A stretch of DNA of 63,976 bases, the filler included, from Licmophora abbreviata (Eukaryota): the NCBI GenBank assembly GCA_900291995.1. It is 22 parts of 22 records of this genome, joined end to end, with 100 filler letters (N's around TTAATTAATTAA, not from the genome) between each part and the next. Parts side by side here need not be neighbours in the genome. Positions count along the whole stretch, not along the records: positions 10,093 to 13,937 come from OLMU01003160.1; positions 14,038 to 15,629 come from OLMU01003162.1; positions 15,730 to 19,799 come from OLMU01003163.1; positions 19,900 to 21,110 come from OLMU01003166.1; positions 21,211 to 24,495 come from OLMU01003167.1; positions 24,596 to 25,983 come from OLMU01003168.1; 16 more parts are not named here. One strand, given 5' to 3'. Shown in pieces: positions 12,353 to 25,311 of this stretch (position 1 is its first letter; each line of letters begins with the position of its first letter). Below the pieces are notes generated by a model that was given only the letters and a program-made list of their open reading frames with translations, made no database searches and was not told where the DNA came from. The position numbers and the translations under genes were made by a program.

Positions 12353-13937
12353 TCATGAATCCTGATGCATCGTCACGACTGCGTCACGTATCTGTATCAA
12401 CACAACCCCAACAGAAAAGGTAGAAAAAAGTAGAACGGGGTAGGCAAGAGCTGCACTGGACCACCAACCTCCAAACATGGTCCGTCCAGCCACGAGCCGA
12501 CTACTTGTCAACTGCAGCAGTGAGGGAGCGTAAAAGGCAACATAGATGCCAGCCACAGCCGATAAAAGAAAGGAAAACGACAAGTCGGTAGCCCACAGAG
12601 AGCCAAATAGCGGGGGGAGTGCCGCGACAAGACGCCAAAAGATAGTAGCAGCCTTGGACGCTCTTCTCATTATGACTTTTCTCTCGTTCATCGGAAGCAT
12701 GCTGTACTTTCGATCCCCTCTGACGTGGTTCTCGTCGTGCCACAGAATAGTAAAATGATGAGCGATCCATTTGACAAAACTCGGACCAGCGGCAGCGAGA
12801 AGGTTGTTGCCGAGGGTATTCGCAATCAGAGGAAAGACGCTTATGGTATCCAGAGCCGGAAACAAAACCACGACACCCGCTAGAAAATGTAAGCCTGATT
12901 CAACTATGACAGGGAGTCTCTCTGGGTCTAAACCAAAGGTGAAGCTTGAGAAGTTCAGATTGACACTGGATTTCGTGTCGGCTCCAAAGTACGACGCGGC
13001 CGAGGTACCGATTAAGAGGTAGAACGAGCATGTCGTCATAAGAGAAGCTGCAAATACTTTCTGAAATTAATGAAGAGGTAAGAGAGGGGTAGTGGGGGTG
13101 CCGCTGAATCACCATAAGACAAAAGTCTTGGACGTACCGGGGCTCCAACTAGCTTCTCGGGCTGGTCGCGCAGAGGCCTTAGCAAGCCGGGTACCGAATG
13201 CTGAAACGACTGAGAGAAGAGCGCCGTCGAAAAGGCTACACCAAAACCTGAAAAACATACCGTATAGCTCATCCGACATCCTTCCGGGTCAGCGGGGGCA
13301 AAGTAGGGCGGCGGGTGCTGCGATTCTGTCGCTCTTTTATCGTCCAAGAACAAAGCCGTCACGGAGCCGCCAATCATGATGAACATTGCGACAAACCGTA
13401 CTTTTGCCATGAGGGATTGTATAGTCACTTGCTCATCCAGTTCTACACAAGCTAACGGGACAACCATGGCACCAAAGATGACCTGTTGCACGCCAACAAG
13501 TGAAGTGGCGTTGCTCCACAGCAACGCTGATATCGCACCGCAAAATACCTGTGTATACGCCAGCAGTCCAACATACATGAGCGCCATGAGCGAAGCCTGA
13601 TACGTAAACTTATGGAGTGGACCAAGAAAAAAGGAAACGAGATCCACCACCTCGTATCGTTCTAGGTCGGGCACATCGCCATCACGGCCACCGTTTCGTG
13701 TGTTTGGCTCCTGTCGATTAGGCACCAGGAATGTCTGCTCCGACAGCGTGTCTTGCTGTTCCAAACTCTTTGCAGCTTTATACAGTTCAAGTCTAGCTTC
13801 GCTTTCCGCCACCCACATGACAGTCATGTAGCTCAGTAGCGTCACGGTGAGAAGCACGGCAGTACAAAGAATAAACCCTGCACGTGCAAGGGCATGAGGT
13901 ACCCCTAGACAGCCGACTCCTAAAATGTAGTTGATCG
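12353..13937 (-). CDS. Amino-acid transporter (Aa_trans / TMEM104-like; 5'-partial; intron 13061-13137)
   Basis: INYILGVGCLGVPHALARAG, FQHSVPGL and LFPALDTISVFPLIANTLGNNL; multiple TM segments. Confidence 0.85.
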
Positions 13938-14037
13938 NNNNNNNNNNNNNNNNNNNNNNNNNNNNNNNNNNNNNNNNNNNNTTAATTAATTAANNNNNNN
14001 NNNNNNNNNNNNNNNNNNNNNNNNNNNNNNNNNNNNN

Positions 14038-15425
14038 TGGGACGCGACTTTTTTCGATTCAGCGTCGGTGGGTTGTCGGACGTGAGCGAGATTAAAGGCC
14101 ATCGTCGAACGTACATCGGCGCCATGCCTGGGAAGATCATCCAATGTCTGAAGAGCACCGGTAGCATGAATCCACTTGTACTAATTGACGAGATCGACAA
14201 GCTGGGTACTGGCTATCGAGGTGACCCAGGAAGCGCCTTGCTCGAAGTCCTGGACCCCAGTCAGAACTCCAACTTTCGGGATCACTTCCTGGATGTCCCT
14301 GTGGATATCAGCAAGGTGCTGTTTATGTGCACTGCCAACGACCTTGAACGGATACCAGGCCCTCTTCTGGATCGCATGGAAGTCATTCGACTTTCAGGAT
14401 ACGACTTTCCTGAGAAGGTTGCCATCGCTGAGCAGTATCTCGTTCCTAAGTCCATGCGTGAGAGTGGGCTCATGGTCGACAAGAAGCAGCTGGAAAAGAA
14501 CGAAGAGGGGACTGAAGGAGAGACGAAGAAGAGCGATGACGAGCATAAGGGAACGCCGCTCGATGACTTTGTTCGCTTGTCAAATGTTCCAGAGTCGCTT
14601 GCAGTTGCAAAAAGTGCAATCGAGAGCCTTGTCAGATGGTACTGTCGCGAGGCGGGTGTCCGTAATCTCGCCAAGCATATCGATAAAATCACAAGGAAGC
14701 TGGCCCTTCAAGTTGTTGCCGAGGAGGAGGGCGCCGAGCTCACAAAAAAGAGTACACGACAGTCCGACACCTGGGTTGTTTCGAATGATAATCTCGACGA
14801 ATACGTCGGCAAGCCGATTTTCACGCATGATCGACTCTACGAAAAAGATCCGCTGCCTAATGGAATCGTTATGGGCCTGGCGTGGACATCCATGGGAGGC
14901 TCGGCCTTGTATATTGAGACTCAGGGTATCAAGCGCGGAGTCGATTCCGAAGGCAAGAGGCGTGGGGGCGGCACGCTTCACGTGACAGGGCAGCTTGGCG
15001 ACGTCATGAAGGAATCGACGCAGATCGCGTATACAGTGGCACGAGGGCGTCTAGCAGGTATCGATGAGTCTAACTCGTACTATGATGAGACTGATATTCA
15101 CATGCATGTACCAGAAGGAGCTACACCCAAGGATGGTCCTTCTGCGGGGATAACAATGGTAACATCTATGCTCTCGCTCGCCATGGATAAGCCCGTTCGT
15201 AACGATCTAGCCATGACGGGCGAGATAAGTTTGACCGGCAAAGTCCTTCCCGTTGGGGGCATCAAGGAGAAGATCATGGCGGCTCGACGAGCAGGGATCA
15301 AGTGTTTAGTTCTGCCGGGCGCGAACCAGCGGGACTTCGACGATATCCCGGACTACTTGAAGGATGGGCTTGACGTGCATTTCGCTGAAGACTACAGCAC
15401 AGCATTCGAGGTTGCTTTCGGTTAA
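14038..15425 (+). CDS. LON: Lon protease, mitochondrial PIM1/LONP1-type (5'-partial)
   Basis: [16 protein letters not shown], Walker [18 protein letters not shown], catalytic PKDGPSAG and GGIKEK. Confidence 0.96.
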
Positions 15426-15479
15426 TAATCTTCGAAAGCTAGATAGAATTATAGTAGCTGGTCAAGGTCCCGTAGGAGT

Positions 15480-17581
15480 CTATTCGCTGGCTTCTTCACG
15501 CAGGACCCGCTCCGCAATAGGTCTCCATTCTTTCGCCATACTGCGACCTTGATGCAAAGCCGAAGCCAACCCACGCAACATGATTGATGCTCGACTTGCT
15601 ACGAGAAGCTCGCGAGGCGGACTTTCGATNNNNNNNNNNNNNNNNNNNNNNNNNNNNNNNNNNNNNNNNNNNNTTAATTAATTAANNNNNNNNNNNNNNN
15701 NNNNNNNNNNNNNNNNNNNNNNNNNNNNNCGGATCTTTGGCTTGGAGATCTTCCATGAAGAGTTGGATGTGTTGCCCCTTGATCACGTCCTCCGTATCAT
15801 AACAGACTTTGGCGTACATGTAAATATTGTCCTCGTCCATGCGCTGCGACTTGTATCCAAGCGCTTTCATGAGGCGTACAATCTCAGAGCGATTGTCATC
15901 TGCAAGCGCGATTATTAAGCGGCATAGTTTCAAACGGGCATCCTTCGAAATACGCTTGACTTGACCGTAGTCTATCAATCCAAGCTGCGGTCTCCCCGTT
16001 TAGGCACCCAGCAGAAGTATATTGCCTGGGTGTGGATCTGAGATGACGATCATGATCGAAAGTGCACATAAGCAGTTGCGAATCTGCCATAAGAATTGAG
16101 TTCTGCGCTGTCACGTCTACATACCTCCATTAAAGTAACCGTCGACAAGGACCTTGTGTCATTCACCGGAGCGACGCGTGTGAGAGGATAGGGTCGGTTG
16201 ACAAATTGTATTCGCGCACGAAGCTCACCTCGTGACCGTGGATGTAAAACAAGTCGTCTACTAGCTTGGCATGGTTCAGTGGGAGCTTGTCCCTCCCATC
16301 GAGTTTCCTCATCGTCCCGCCAGGCAGCCATCCCACCATAATGTTGTGCATGAGATTCCAAGCGTTCTGGACTTGTCGTTTCCGATTTACGTATGAGATG
16401 TATAGGTCGAGTTCTCTTGTAGATCGCCCTTTCACCGGCTCGCCTCGCTCCTTTGCGCGCTGTTCTTTCTCTCTCATTTCCGCTTGGAACTCCGTCGCTG
16501 TCTTGCCAGACCGCATAGCATGGTGCTCCATATCTCTGTTCAGAGCCACCTGCAGCCGCTCGCCCTTGAGTTCTTCCATGACAAGCACGCGTTTCGTGCA
16601 GAGGTCCATGTAGGGAAAGGGAACTACACATAGTTTCTTGTCGCCAGCCAAACCTGCTCTCATCAAATTTTCTCGTACGGTGGCCATCTGCGTAGACTCT
16701 CGCTCATAGTCGAACTCATTCATAAATTGCCTCTCAACCTCCTCAATGCCAGGAACGTGAACAGGCTGCGCAAGTTGCGCAAAAAGCTTGATCGTCAGCA
16801 CGTCTCCGCGGAAAAGCCTTTCTACTTCGGGGTACATGACCTTGACGACGACACTGTTTAAGACGACAGAGGCCAATGAGGATGACGGTAAGAGGTGCCT
16901 AGCGAGGGGGAAAAGTAGTTCAAGAGACTGTTTGTCTGCGGTCACTACTTACGGTGTCCTGTCCGTCAAGGTAGCGCGATGGACCTGCCCAATGGACGCA
17001 GAACCGATAGGTTCGTGGTCGAACGTTGCAAAGACGTCATCAAGTGGCTTCTTCATCTCTGATTCCACAATTTTCTTGACAACCTTGAACTCCTTCGGGG
17101 GTACGTCAGATTGAAGGACGCTAAGAGTATCCTGCCATATTTTGGGGAAAGCATTACCGATGTTTGCAGCGCAGAGCTGCCCCGATTTGATGTAGAATCC
17201 CTTCAGCTGAAGCATGGTTTCTAGAGCGAGCAAACTCGTCTCTCGATGGAGTTCATCCCAAACTTCGTTCGGGGAATCCAAGTACATATGCATTCGGAAA
17301 AGTGCGTATCTGGGCAAGGCGACTGAATAGAACTGTACTGTTCGCGTGAGGCCCTCGGTTCCGTCGAACATATCATGCAGGAACTTCATGCCCCCAATGA
17401 CAGTAATCGCGAAACCCCCAACGACAGGGTACCACAGCGAGTCGGATTTCGGCGAGGCCCTTGTCGACGTTGACATGGCACGTAGCGTGCTTGATGCGAA
17501 CGATGGAGCGACACCACGACAATTCGAAGAAAAATGGCTCAGAAAGCAGCCTCTTCTTGCGAAACATCTACGGGAAAACAT
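15480..17581 (-). CDS. ABC1/ADCK (UbiB-family) atypical kinase; introns 16854-16952, 16153-16228, 16038-16124
   Basis: GFYIKSGQ (KxGQ), PIGSASIGQVHRA, VVVKVMYP, EFDYERE, GDPHPGN and IDYG. The C-terminus continues across the spacer at 15630. R/S-rich N-terminus suggests mitochondrial targeting. Confidence 0.92.
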
Positions 17582-17879
17582 TGCAGATTCGTATTAATGC
17601 GATGATGCTGTCGGCGTGTTCCTCACTGCTGCAGACTCGACTTGACTCGTCATTGTCCTCATCTCGTCGCCCCTCATCGTCTCCAATCGTCCATCGCGTG
17701 CGGAGAGTAACGTCCGGGTTAGAAACGTGAAGTGGGATGACGCACAGAGCTTGCAAGCTCGAATCTACGAGTGTTTCAAACATTGTTTCGCGCCAAGACG
17801 AAGTGTCACTCCCATCATAAAGCAGCACCACAAGACGTATTGTACCAAAAATGAACGAGGCGGGCTAACAAATGGTAAC

Positions 17880-20759
17880 TTATGAAGCATGAACAATATC
17901 GGATGCCTCTAGCTCCAAACCGGATGACGATTCGCCGCTGTCGGACCAATCATCATCATCGCCCCATTGCCCCGCAGCAGCAAACGCATTCAAGTCATCG
18001 TCACCACTGCTTCCTTCGATATCCTGGACAAGAACCTCCTTTGGCTGCTTAGGTAGGGAAGGCCGGTCACAGTCTTCGACTAGAACTGGCGTCACCCGCC
18101 GCCGCTGTCGCTTCACGGGCCAGTCCAACTCTGATTCGGAGTCATTCTCCTCTGGTGAACAATCCTCGGGATTCACAGTTTCGTGAAATCCCTTCTCGTC
18201 CAGTTTGTAGGCACGGAAGTCAAATGCGACGAGCTGGTCGACAGCTGTGGAGCGGATCTGCGGTGCAACCAGACTATGTGTCGACGCGATGTCCTTTATT
18301 GACGACGCGACCTTCTGCGCGGAAAACGTGAGGGAACTGAACTTGGAGTGGTGAGATCCAAACAGCCAATCCTCACCACGGATATCGTACTCGTCAGTGC
18401 CTTCATCGTCGTCCGACTCTTCGTCGTTCTTTCTAGAATTCGAAGACTGAGATCGGACAAACTCGCACAGCGATAGTATCTTTCCAGCGCCAGCGACCAA
18501 TAGATACTGTAACAAGACGTCAAGATGCGTGATAGCTCCATAGTCATGCTTCCCGGCCTTCTTTTCTGCCATCGACAACTGAGGCTGCATATTTCGCCAT
18601 TTGACACAACCCTTTGCGTGGTGTACACACAGCTTCAGCAAGTGCTTGCAGCTACTGAGGACAACGCCAACCATCCGACGTGGAAATAGCTTGAATCTTG
18701 TAGTATACACATCGAGAACGCGACCAAAGACCATCAGTGTTCCCTGTAAATGATGATAGGGGCCATGATGGTGTCTCTCGTCTGCTTGTAACGGGATGCA
18801 AGCGTGAGGAAGAATGGCAAAAGCGGCAACTGTCATTTGTAATACAATTTCGAAGAATACAGGAAATGACGCGAGCGTCAGGCCAGGAATAGATGCAGCT
18901 ACTGGGCAGCCTCGAGCTCGCTTGGTATCTTTTCCAAAGTCACTTGATTGTCGTCGAGAAGATGATGCTCTCGTGTTGCGAGCGATGCTTTTGTCGAGAG
19001 TTGTCAAACGCGCTTCCAGAACGTCTACGAGCTTCGAAATGTACACGACTGCGTGCATATCCCGCAGACAAGGGTGCATAAGCAATCCCCAGAGTGTCAT
19101 GAGAACGTATCGGAGATCGAAACACTTGACAAAGACTCTTGTCTTGCGTTCAGCCGTTCTCACGATCGTCGACAAAACTGTGCGATCCACAGAGGGATCC
19201 GCTGTGACCTGAATGAAGGAAAAAGGTAGACGAGATGCATTTGAATCCGAAGCATTGGATCCGTTCACTGTTGATGAGTAGATTGTTAACAAAACTTTCC
19301 AGGAAGCTTGGAGCGAGCGATGTACCAGCGCCGGGCGACCATCCCTCGCGAGAGCGCAGAGAATGTCGAGGAGGTCAAGAGCATGCGTGGCGTCCTCCGA
19401 AACATGAAGGCATTCCAAGAAGCCTTGAAAAACGCGTGTTAACTCATCATGTCCATCCAGAGGCGCCGTGATTCCTTCCGCAGATCTCTCGGAGAGAAAA
19501 GTCTTGTCGCAAATTTTGACTACATGGCGCACGTAATCGAGATCACCGGAAGGGCGCCCGCCTGCGGTAAGGTGAACACACCTCAGAATTGTGGAGAGCA
19601 AGCGGAAGTACGATCCCAATACTTTGGAGAGGATAGGGCCCGAAACACTGGCTGGATCTCTTGCAGTCTGTGGGTAAGTCGAACCAATACATTCGGGATA
19701 TTCAGTCGGTTTGCGCCATGGTACCAAGACAACAATCTCCAGAGGCTTGACCTACCTTGATGGACACACTGTTAACTCCTCTTCTGGATTGCGCGAGCAN
19801 NNNNNNNNNNNNNNNNNNNNNNNNNNNNNNNNNNNNNNNNNNNTTAATTAATTAANNNNNNNNNNNNNNNNNNNNNNNNNNNNNNNNNNNNNNNNNNNNG
19901 CAATGCCATCTTTGAGATCTTCATGATGATAGACCACAAGCATTGCGACAGCGTCCAAAAGAATAAGAGAGTCCTTATCGTTCGCATGTGCGGCTGTGTG
20001 AAGGATGCCAGCGTATGCTCGTAACAGCAACGTTCCACTTTCACGATCGCGGAGAGCACATAGAAGTATGTTTGCAATCAGCAGGGTGGAATCTTGATTT
20101 CTGTTTCGTCCGGCGGCTGCGCCAACCAACCGAATTTCCGAACGCAGTGCATTCAAGGCACGAGAGGCTTCCTCTGGCGAAATCACATGCCGTAGTAGTG
20201 TTCGTACCAGCACAGGTAGATCGCTTTCAGCGACGACGGGCAAAGAAGCCAATGAGACATTCCATGCTTCTAATCGTCCCTCTTCGGAAAGCGGTAACAC
20301 GGAAAGACATCCCAGTATTGGAAGCAATGCATTGACATCGTTCATCAAGATTTCACGTAGCGCTTTCAAAACATCGTCCGATGCGTCTCCGATGTCTGGA
20401 GAGTCAGCGAAGGGCATCGTGTATGGGAGCGCATCAAGTAATATTTGTCTGCAATCGTCATTGGAAATCACGGATAGCGTTTCCAGTATCACCATTCTAA
20501 CCTGAGTGTCCCCCGGACCAACCTCGGAAAATAGCATTGACAGCGCATCCCGTACAGATCCCCCCGATAGCATCCCATTTCCAAGTCTCAATTTCTCCCA
20601 AGAAATGAGAAAAGAGGAAACTGCATCGAGTATCTTTGTGATGCTGTCCCGGCGAACGTCTTCACGAGCACCGCGAACTGACAGGATACGCCCTTGGAAG
20701 GACAACACATCTTTCAAACCTTGCTCCAAGATGTTTTCTTTATTCGGGGACGGATCCAT
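17880..20759 (-). CDS. FANCD2-like helical protein (interrupted by gap 19800-19899)
   Basis: The N-part LLPILGCLSVLPL..ESDLPVLVRTLL..ALNALRSEI and the C-part IPGLTLASFPVFFEIVL resemble, from memory, FANCD2 blocks. Acidic C-tail. Confidence 0.6.
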
Positions 20760-21210
20760 GCTTTTCAGGACACAGAGTAAGGGTAGGACCTTCCTATTTA
20801 CTACAGCAAAGGTCTCATCTCGTCATGCCATGCCATGCATCAGCGCCGCTCGTCGTCGCCGCGGTATCGCCATTTTTGTGAGAGCGAATTCTCGCTCAAG
20901 GCGCGCGCTCTTACGAGAGCTCACGAGGTCGTCGTCCCGGCTGACCCGACGGTCTCGCACCTTCGGAGACGGAGCACAGCGTCCCCATGAGCTGCCGGCC
21001 CGACAATACTTCGACACTGTCGCCAGCTATGCCCCCTCTAGGTATGGCGAAATGGCAATTTTGGTATTCTTGGTTAGCTTAGTTTCTCGACTATGTCTTC
21101 AAAATTCGCANNNNNNNNNNNNNNNNNNNNNNNNNNNNNNNNNNNNNNNNNNNNTTAATTAATTAANNNNNNNNNNNNNNNNNNNNNNNNNNNNNNNNNN
21201 NNNNNNNNNN

Positions 21211-22062
21211 ATTCGCAACCGCACAAATGCCTGGGTCCTTCCAGCTATAGATTTCGTCGCCGCTCTTGCAATCTACAACCACGCAACCGCCAAGTTGTGT
21301 AAGGACACCCGCTGCTAGAGCATCCCTTTCTGGTGCGAGATCGTTCCACTTGGCAAGCGAGATGCCCATCATGGACTGCAGTCGCAATGTTGCCAATTCA
21401 AGAGGCCGACGCTTCCATTCTCCGACGACAGGTAGCTCCTGAAATCTGTTAACGATGCTTCCGTCCTGTTGAATGTCCAGTGCATTATCAGGCCATCGTC
21501 CTTTCTTCTGACCAACGACGAGAGCGTCTTCTATCCAAGGTTGAGGCTTAAATGGGTTCCCAAGATACCCACCAATGACAGCAGGCAGTGTCGCCCAGGC
21601 ACCGAGGCCCCACAGCATACCAAACAGCTTGAGAAAAGGAGAGAGAGACTCGTTATCTGGTAGCCAGCCTCTACTGACTCCAAACGACCGACCTGCCCCG
21701 CCAAATGGATCGATTAATAAGTCCACGCGCTGAGTGTCCAAGTCGACCTCCTCCGCCAGAATCTCTGCCGCTTCTTGATTGCAGTTCAACACCATCCCAA
21801 CCTTGGACACACCACAAACTTCTAGTTTCCCTATATAATATCGCAGGCGCTGCGCGTACTCAATGGCATTGAAGTCGGCAGCGTACGTTCCGAGAATGAG
21901 CATCGATCGCGAACCCGTGCCCTTGGGAGTGGCAAGGTAAGCGCCGAGGTCCACCGGCTTTCCGGTTGCAACAGAAGACACATAAACGCCCTTCAGCGGA
22001 GCGTATGCATTAGCTCGCGTCAAAAACGTGAGAAAGAGGAACAAAATGGAGGATAGATTCAT
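21211..22062 (-). CDS. AhpC/TSA-like (peroxiredoxin-like 2) protein with signal peptide, probably plastid-targeted (3'-partial)
   Basis: Signal [34 protein letters not shown] and LTQLGG motifs. Confidence 0.75.
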
Positions 22063-22399
22063 CGTGGAGGAGAAGACGGTGTTTTGGTTCGTCACGATTT
22101 GATCGGCGTCGTCGCGTTGCGACGAGATTGTGAGTCTGAGTTACCGTCAACGGAATCCGGAAAGGTGGAATTTGATAGTATCATTCATCATTCAGACACT
22201 GCCGGTCCGTCTGTCTTCACCCGAAAGCCCTGAGGGCCACGAACTTCTCCCGTCACAAAAAGATCTGCTGCTATTCTACGTTCGACAAAGAAACACACTT
22301 TCGATTGAATCGTCCATGAGATTCTAAGCGACCATCTTTACACCGCATCGATAGCATTCGATCCAATCCAGTACAATACTGTAAACAAATTCGATCGCT

Positions 22400-23620
22400 A
22401 TGACGGACGGAGAACACAAAGTTGAACCCGCCGCATCTGCCGACACGAATCTGGTGCCTGTGGTCGTTGAGCGACTCAAGTTCTTCTTTTCCGACGCCAA
22501 TGTGCGTCAAGATCGCTTCATGCGGAACCGACTTGTCAGGCCTCAAGATGACTGTGAGAAAGGATTTATCCCCTTGGAAGTGATGCTTCGATTCAACTCC
22601 ATCAAGAAGCATACGACAGACGCCAGCGTCTTGGTGCAGGCGACCAAGTCGCTTGCCGACACATTGGTTCTCAACAAGGACGAGACTGCTATTGGGCGGG
22701 TGGTGCCCTTTACCATGTCCAAGATGGACGATAATATTCCTCTGACGCTGTATATCAAGAATGTCCCCGTCGAAAATGCCGAGAACGACCAGAAACCTCG
22801 CAAGTATAGCGTTACGACTGACGACATCCGTGCCCTATTCGAGGAGTACGGGACCGTCATGCTGGTTAAGCTTCGATTCAAGTTGGACCAAGATCAATCG
22901 ACATTGCCAGAAAGCAAATCCCCAAACAAGCGCAAATCGAAAATGTTTGCTGCTGGGGCTGCGTTCGTCGAGTTTGAGACGGAGGAAGAGCTGCAAAAGG
23001 CGGCGGCGGACGTCTTAACTATCAAAGATGGGGAGACAGTGGAACCGAAACGAAACCTTAGTCTAGGTCAAGAGAACTCTCTGGATGTTGTCACAATGAA
23101 AGAGTGGGTGGAAACGAAGAAGAAGGAGAAAGCTGAGAAGGCAAGCGAGGAAAAGAAGACAGACGACACGGGAACGGAAGACTCGAAGAAACGTGATCGC
23201 GAAGAGGAAGGTGCAAAGGTGGAGGTTGAAGAATTCAAGTTTGCTTGGAAGCCGGGGTGTGTTATTCAGCTCAACGGTTTGTCTGATGATTGCGACCGTG
23301 AGGCTATTCTCGATTCTGTCGCGAAGGGTCTCGGTATCACGATGGACGCCGTGAAGGACCAGAGTATCTATGCCGATTTCTCGCGGGGACAGACGAATGG
23401 TGCCATTCGTTTCAAGGAGCCCTCTAGCTCCATTGGAGAGCTGGCAAACAAGCTTACAAATGGAGAAGTTGAGATTGGTGGGAGCGCGGTGGCTTCTGTC
23501 AAGATCCTCGAGGGGGACGAGGAGTCCAAATACTGGGAGGGTTTTATCGCTTTCAAAAACAAACAGATGAAACACAGAGCCGAGGAACGGGCGATGAAAA
23601 AGAAAAAGAATCATCACTGA
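22400..23620 (+). CDS. SSB: La protein (La motif, RRM1, C-terminal xRRM)
   Basis: LKFFFSDANVRQDRFM, GFIPLEVMLRFNSIK, AAFVEFET, YADFSRGQTNGAIRF and ILEGDEESKYW. Confidence 0.9.
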   Translation: MTDGEHKVEPAASADTNLVPVVVERLKFFFSDANVRQDRFMRNRLVRPQDDCEKGFIPLEVMLRFNSIKKHTTDASVLVQATKSLADTLVLNKDETAIGRVVPFTMSKMDDNIPLTLYIKNVPVENAENDQKPRKYSVTTDDIRALFEEYGTVMLVKLRFKLDQDQSTLPESKSPNKRKSKMFAAGAAFVEFETEEELQKAAADVLTIKDGETVEPKRNLSLGQENSLDVVTMKEWVETKKKEKAEKASEEKKTDDTGTEDSKKRDREEEGAKVEVEEFKFAWKPGCVIQLNGLSDDCDREAILDSVAKGLGITMDAVKDQSIYADFSRGQTNGAIRFKEPSSSIGELANKLTNGEVEIGGSAVASVKILEGDEESKYWEGFIAFKNKQMKHRAEERAMKKKKNHH

Positions 23621-24018
23621 GCAACATACCAACAATAGGTTAATCTACGCTTTACCTACATCCGAGTCGCCATTCTGCTAGTACAAACGTATAGTTCACT
23701 GCAAAATTCACGGTTGGAATGGAATGATGAAACAACCAATCGAATCATTCGCCGCAAACCTGACGTCATCCGCGAAACGAATTGGGTCCCGACTTCGAGT
23801 TCTCATCGACTTTCTAAGACAGAACATCTTTCGACCAATCACAGTGCAGTGTCGTGGAAAATTCCAAAAAGCCAAAAGTGTCACACTTTCAACTTCTTTT
23901 GTTGACACGACCTCTGCACTAACCACCATCAACATATCCACGCAGCCCTTGAAGAGATCCTCGTTGCAGCTCCACTGCATAGTTGACTTCCTCGCTTTAC
24001 TGCTGCCGATTTGATCGA

Positions 24019-24495
24019 ATGGCTCCAAATTTTCCCTCGACGGGACATCCTTCGGGCGAAAACAAAGGGTTAGGCCCCTGCATTTTGCCCACACAGCAGT
24101 GTCTGGACTTGCTCAGCCGGAACATGGGCGAATTTTCCACAGATGAACGAACCTTTCGTGTCGGGATCTTAACAGAGTCCCTTGAGCATATCGGGAGACA
24201 CGCAATATTCATTGCAAATCCAGCCTCATCTTGTGCTGTGACGGCTATTGCGTTGACCGGACCGGGCGCGGACGATCAGAGGGATACGGTTCGCGATTGG
24301 TGTAAGCGAAATGCTCTGGTACCCGAAGGGGAGGATCCAACCATAGCTTTAGGGGATGATTCCTACGATCAGATGATATCGCGTGAAGATGTCAATGCTG
24401 TGTATATTGCTCTGCCTTGTCTGTAAGTACGGCATCGTTCGACAATCGAGGTGTGCTCTCTCATTCACAAGCTCAGTTCAGCCCCGTTCCCGAAT
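24019..24495 (+). CDS. Gfo/Idh/MocA-family oxidoreductase-like protein, N-terminal part (3'-partial)
   Basis: FRVGIL..IGRHAI and SYDQMISREDVNAVYIALP; intron donor GTAAGT at ~24423. Confidence 0.6.
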
Positions 24496-24595
24496 NNNNN
24501 NNNNNNNNNNNNNNNNNNNNNNNNNNNNNNNNNNNNNNNTTAATTAATTAANNNNNNNNNNNNNNNNNNNNNNNNNNNNNNNNNNNNNNNNNNNN

Positions 24596-24828
24596 TTTGG
24601 ATCGCATTGAGCAAAATCCCACATCCTCAATCGCAATCCTTCCATTGGGTCCTTGGAAACTTCTTGACATGTTTCATTCATTTCTAGATTCCGGCGTTCA
24701 ATATCTGCCGCGGATGAGTCCATGTGGGATCCTTCTCGGACATGACGACGGTGCGACGACATGGTGTTGGAACGATGAGTCTGTGAGCCGCCTGATTTCT
24801 TGCTGCCGGCTCCCTTTTTCTTGCCCAT
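24596..24828 (-). CDS. TSR3: 18S rRNA aminocarboxypropyltransferase Tsr3, N-terminus (3'-partial)
   Basis: MGKKK start and the diagnostic LRMWDFAQCDP motif. Confidence 0.85.
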
Positions 24829-25113
24829 GGTGAAGATTTTCTACCGCAGTGGGCCAGTTTGAAGATTTTGATACGCTGCTGATCGCCTTGTGCAGTTGGG
24901 AATCGAATTATACACGTCGACACCACTGCTTCGTCGAGCAAGCAAGTGGTAGGTCTACTCTATTCCCCCATGTTGAATGTGTCCCATTACTCGACGGCAG
25001 ATCATTCACGAAAGTTGGCTGGTATAATGAACTAGTAAGGTTATGGGCTAGCGAGCGCGTGGGAAGAGAACCTTACGACCGACCAGCGGTGATCGCGTGT
25101 GATACACGCTCAC

Positions 25114-25140
25114 GTCGAGTCGAGTCGAGTCGAGTCAGTC
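25114..25140. repeat. (GTCGA)n pentanucleotide microsatellite in a divergent promoter region
   Basis: gtcgagtcgagtcgagtcgagtcagtc. Confidence 0.8.
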
Positions 25141-25311
25141 TACGCCATGACAAAATGGTCCATACGTCATACGGAGATGGACGATTACGACGACGCGCCG
25201 ACGAATTCCAGAACCACATCATGGCAGCATCGGGGTGGCACAGTCGGCGACAATGCAATGTTACACTCCATCAATAAGAGCGATAGAAGGGTTCAACTCG
25301 GCACGGCCACA

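Noticed and set aside
14185..14985. Long alternative-frame and antisense ORFs over Lon, TOP2, BRR2, La and the WW gene
   Set aside because: Shadow ORFs caused by codon bias; no motifs.
15425..15480. Very short convergent spacers (Lon/ABC1, ankyrin/CX9C) and divergent gene pairs
   Set aside because: Ordinary for compact diatom genomes.
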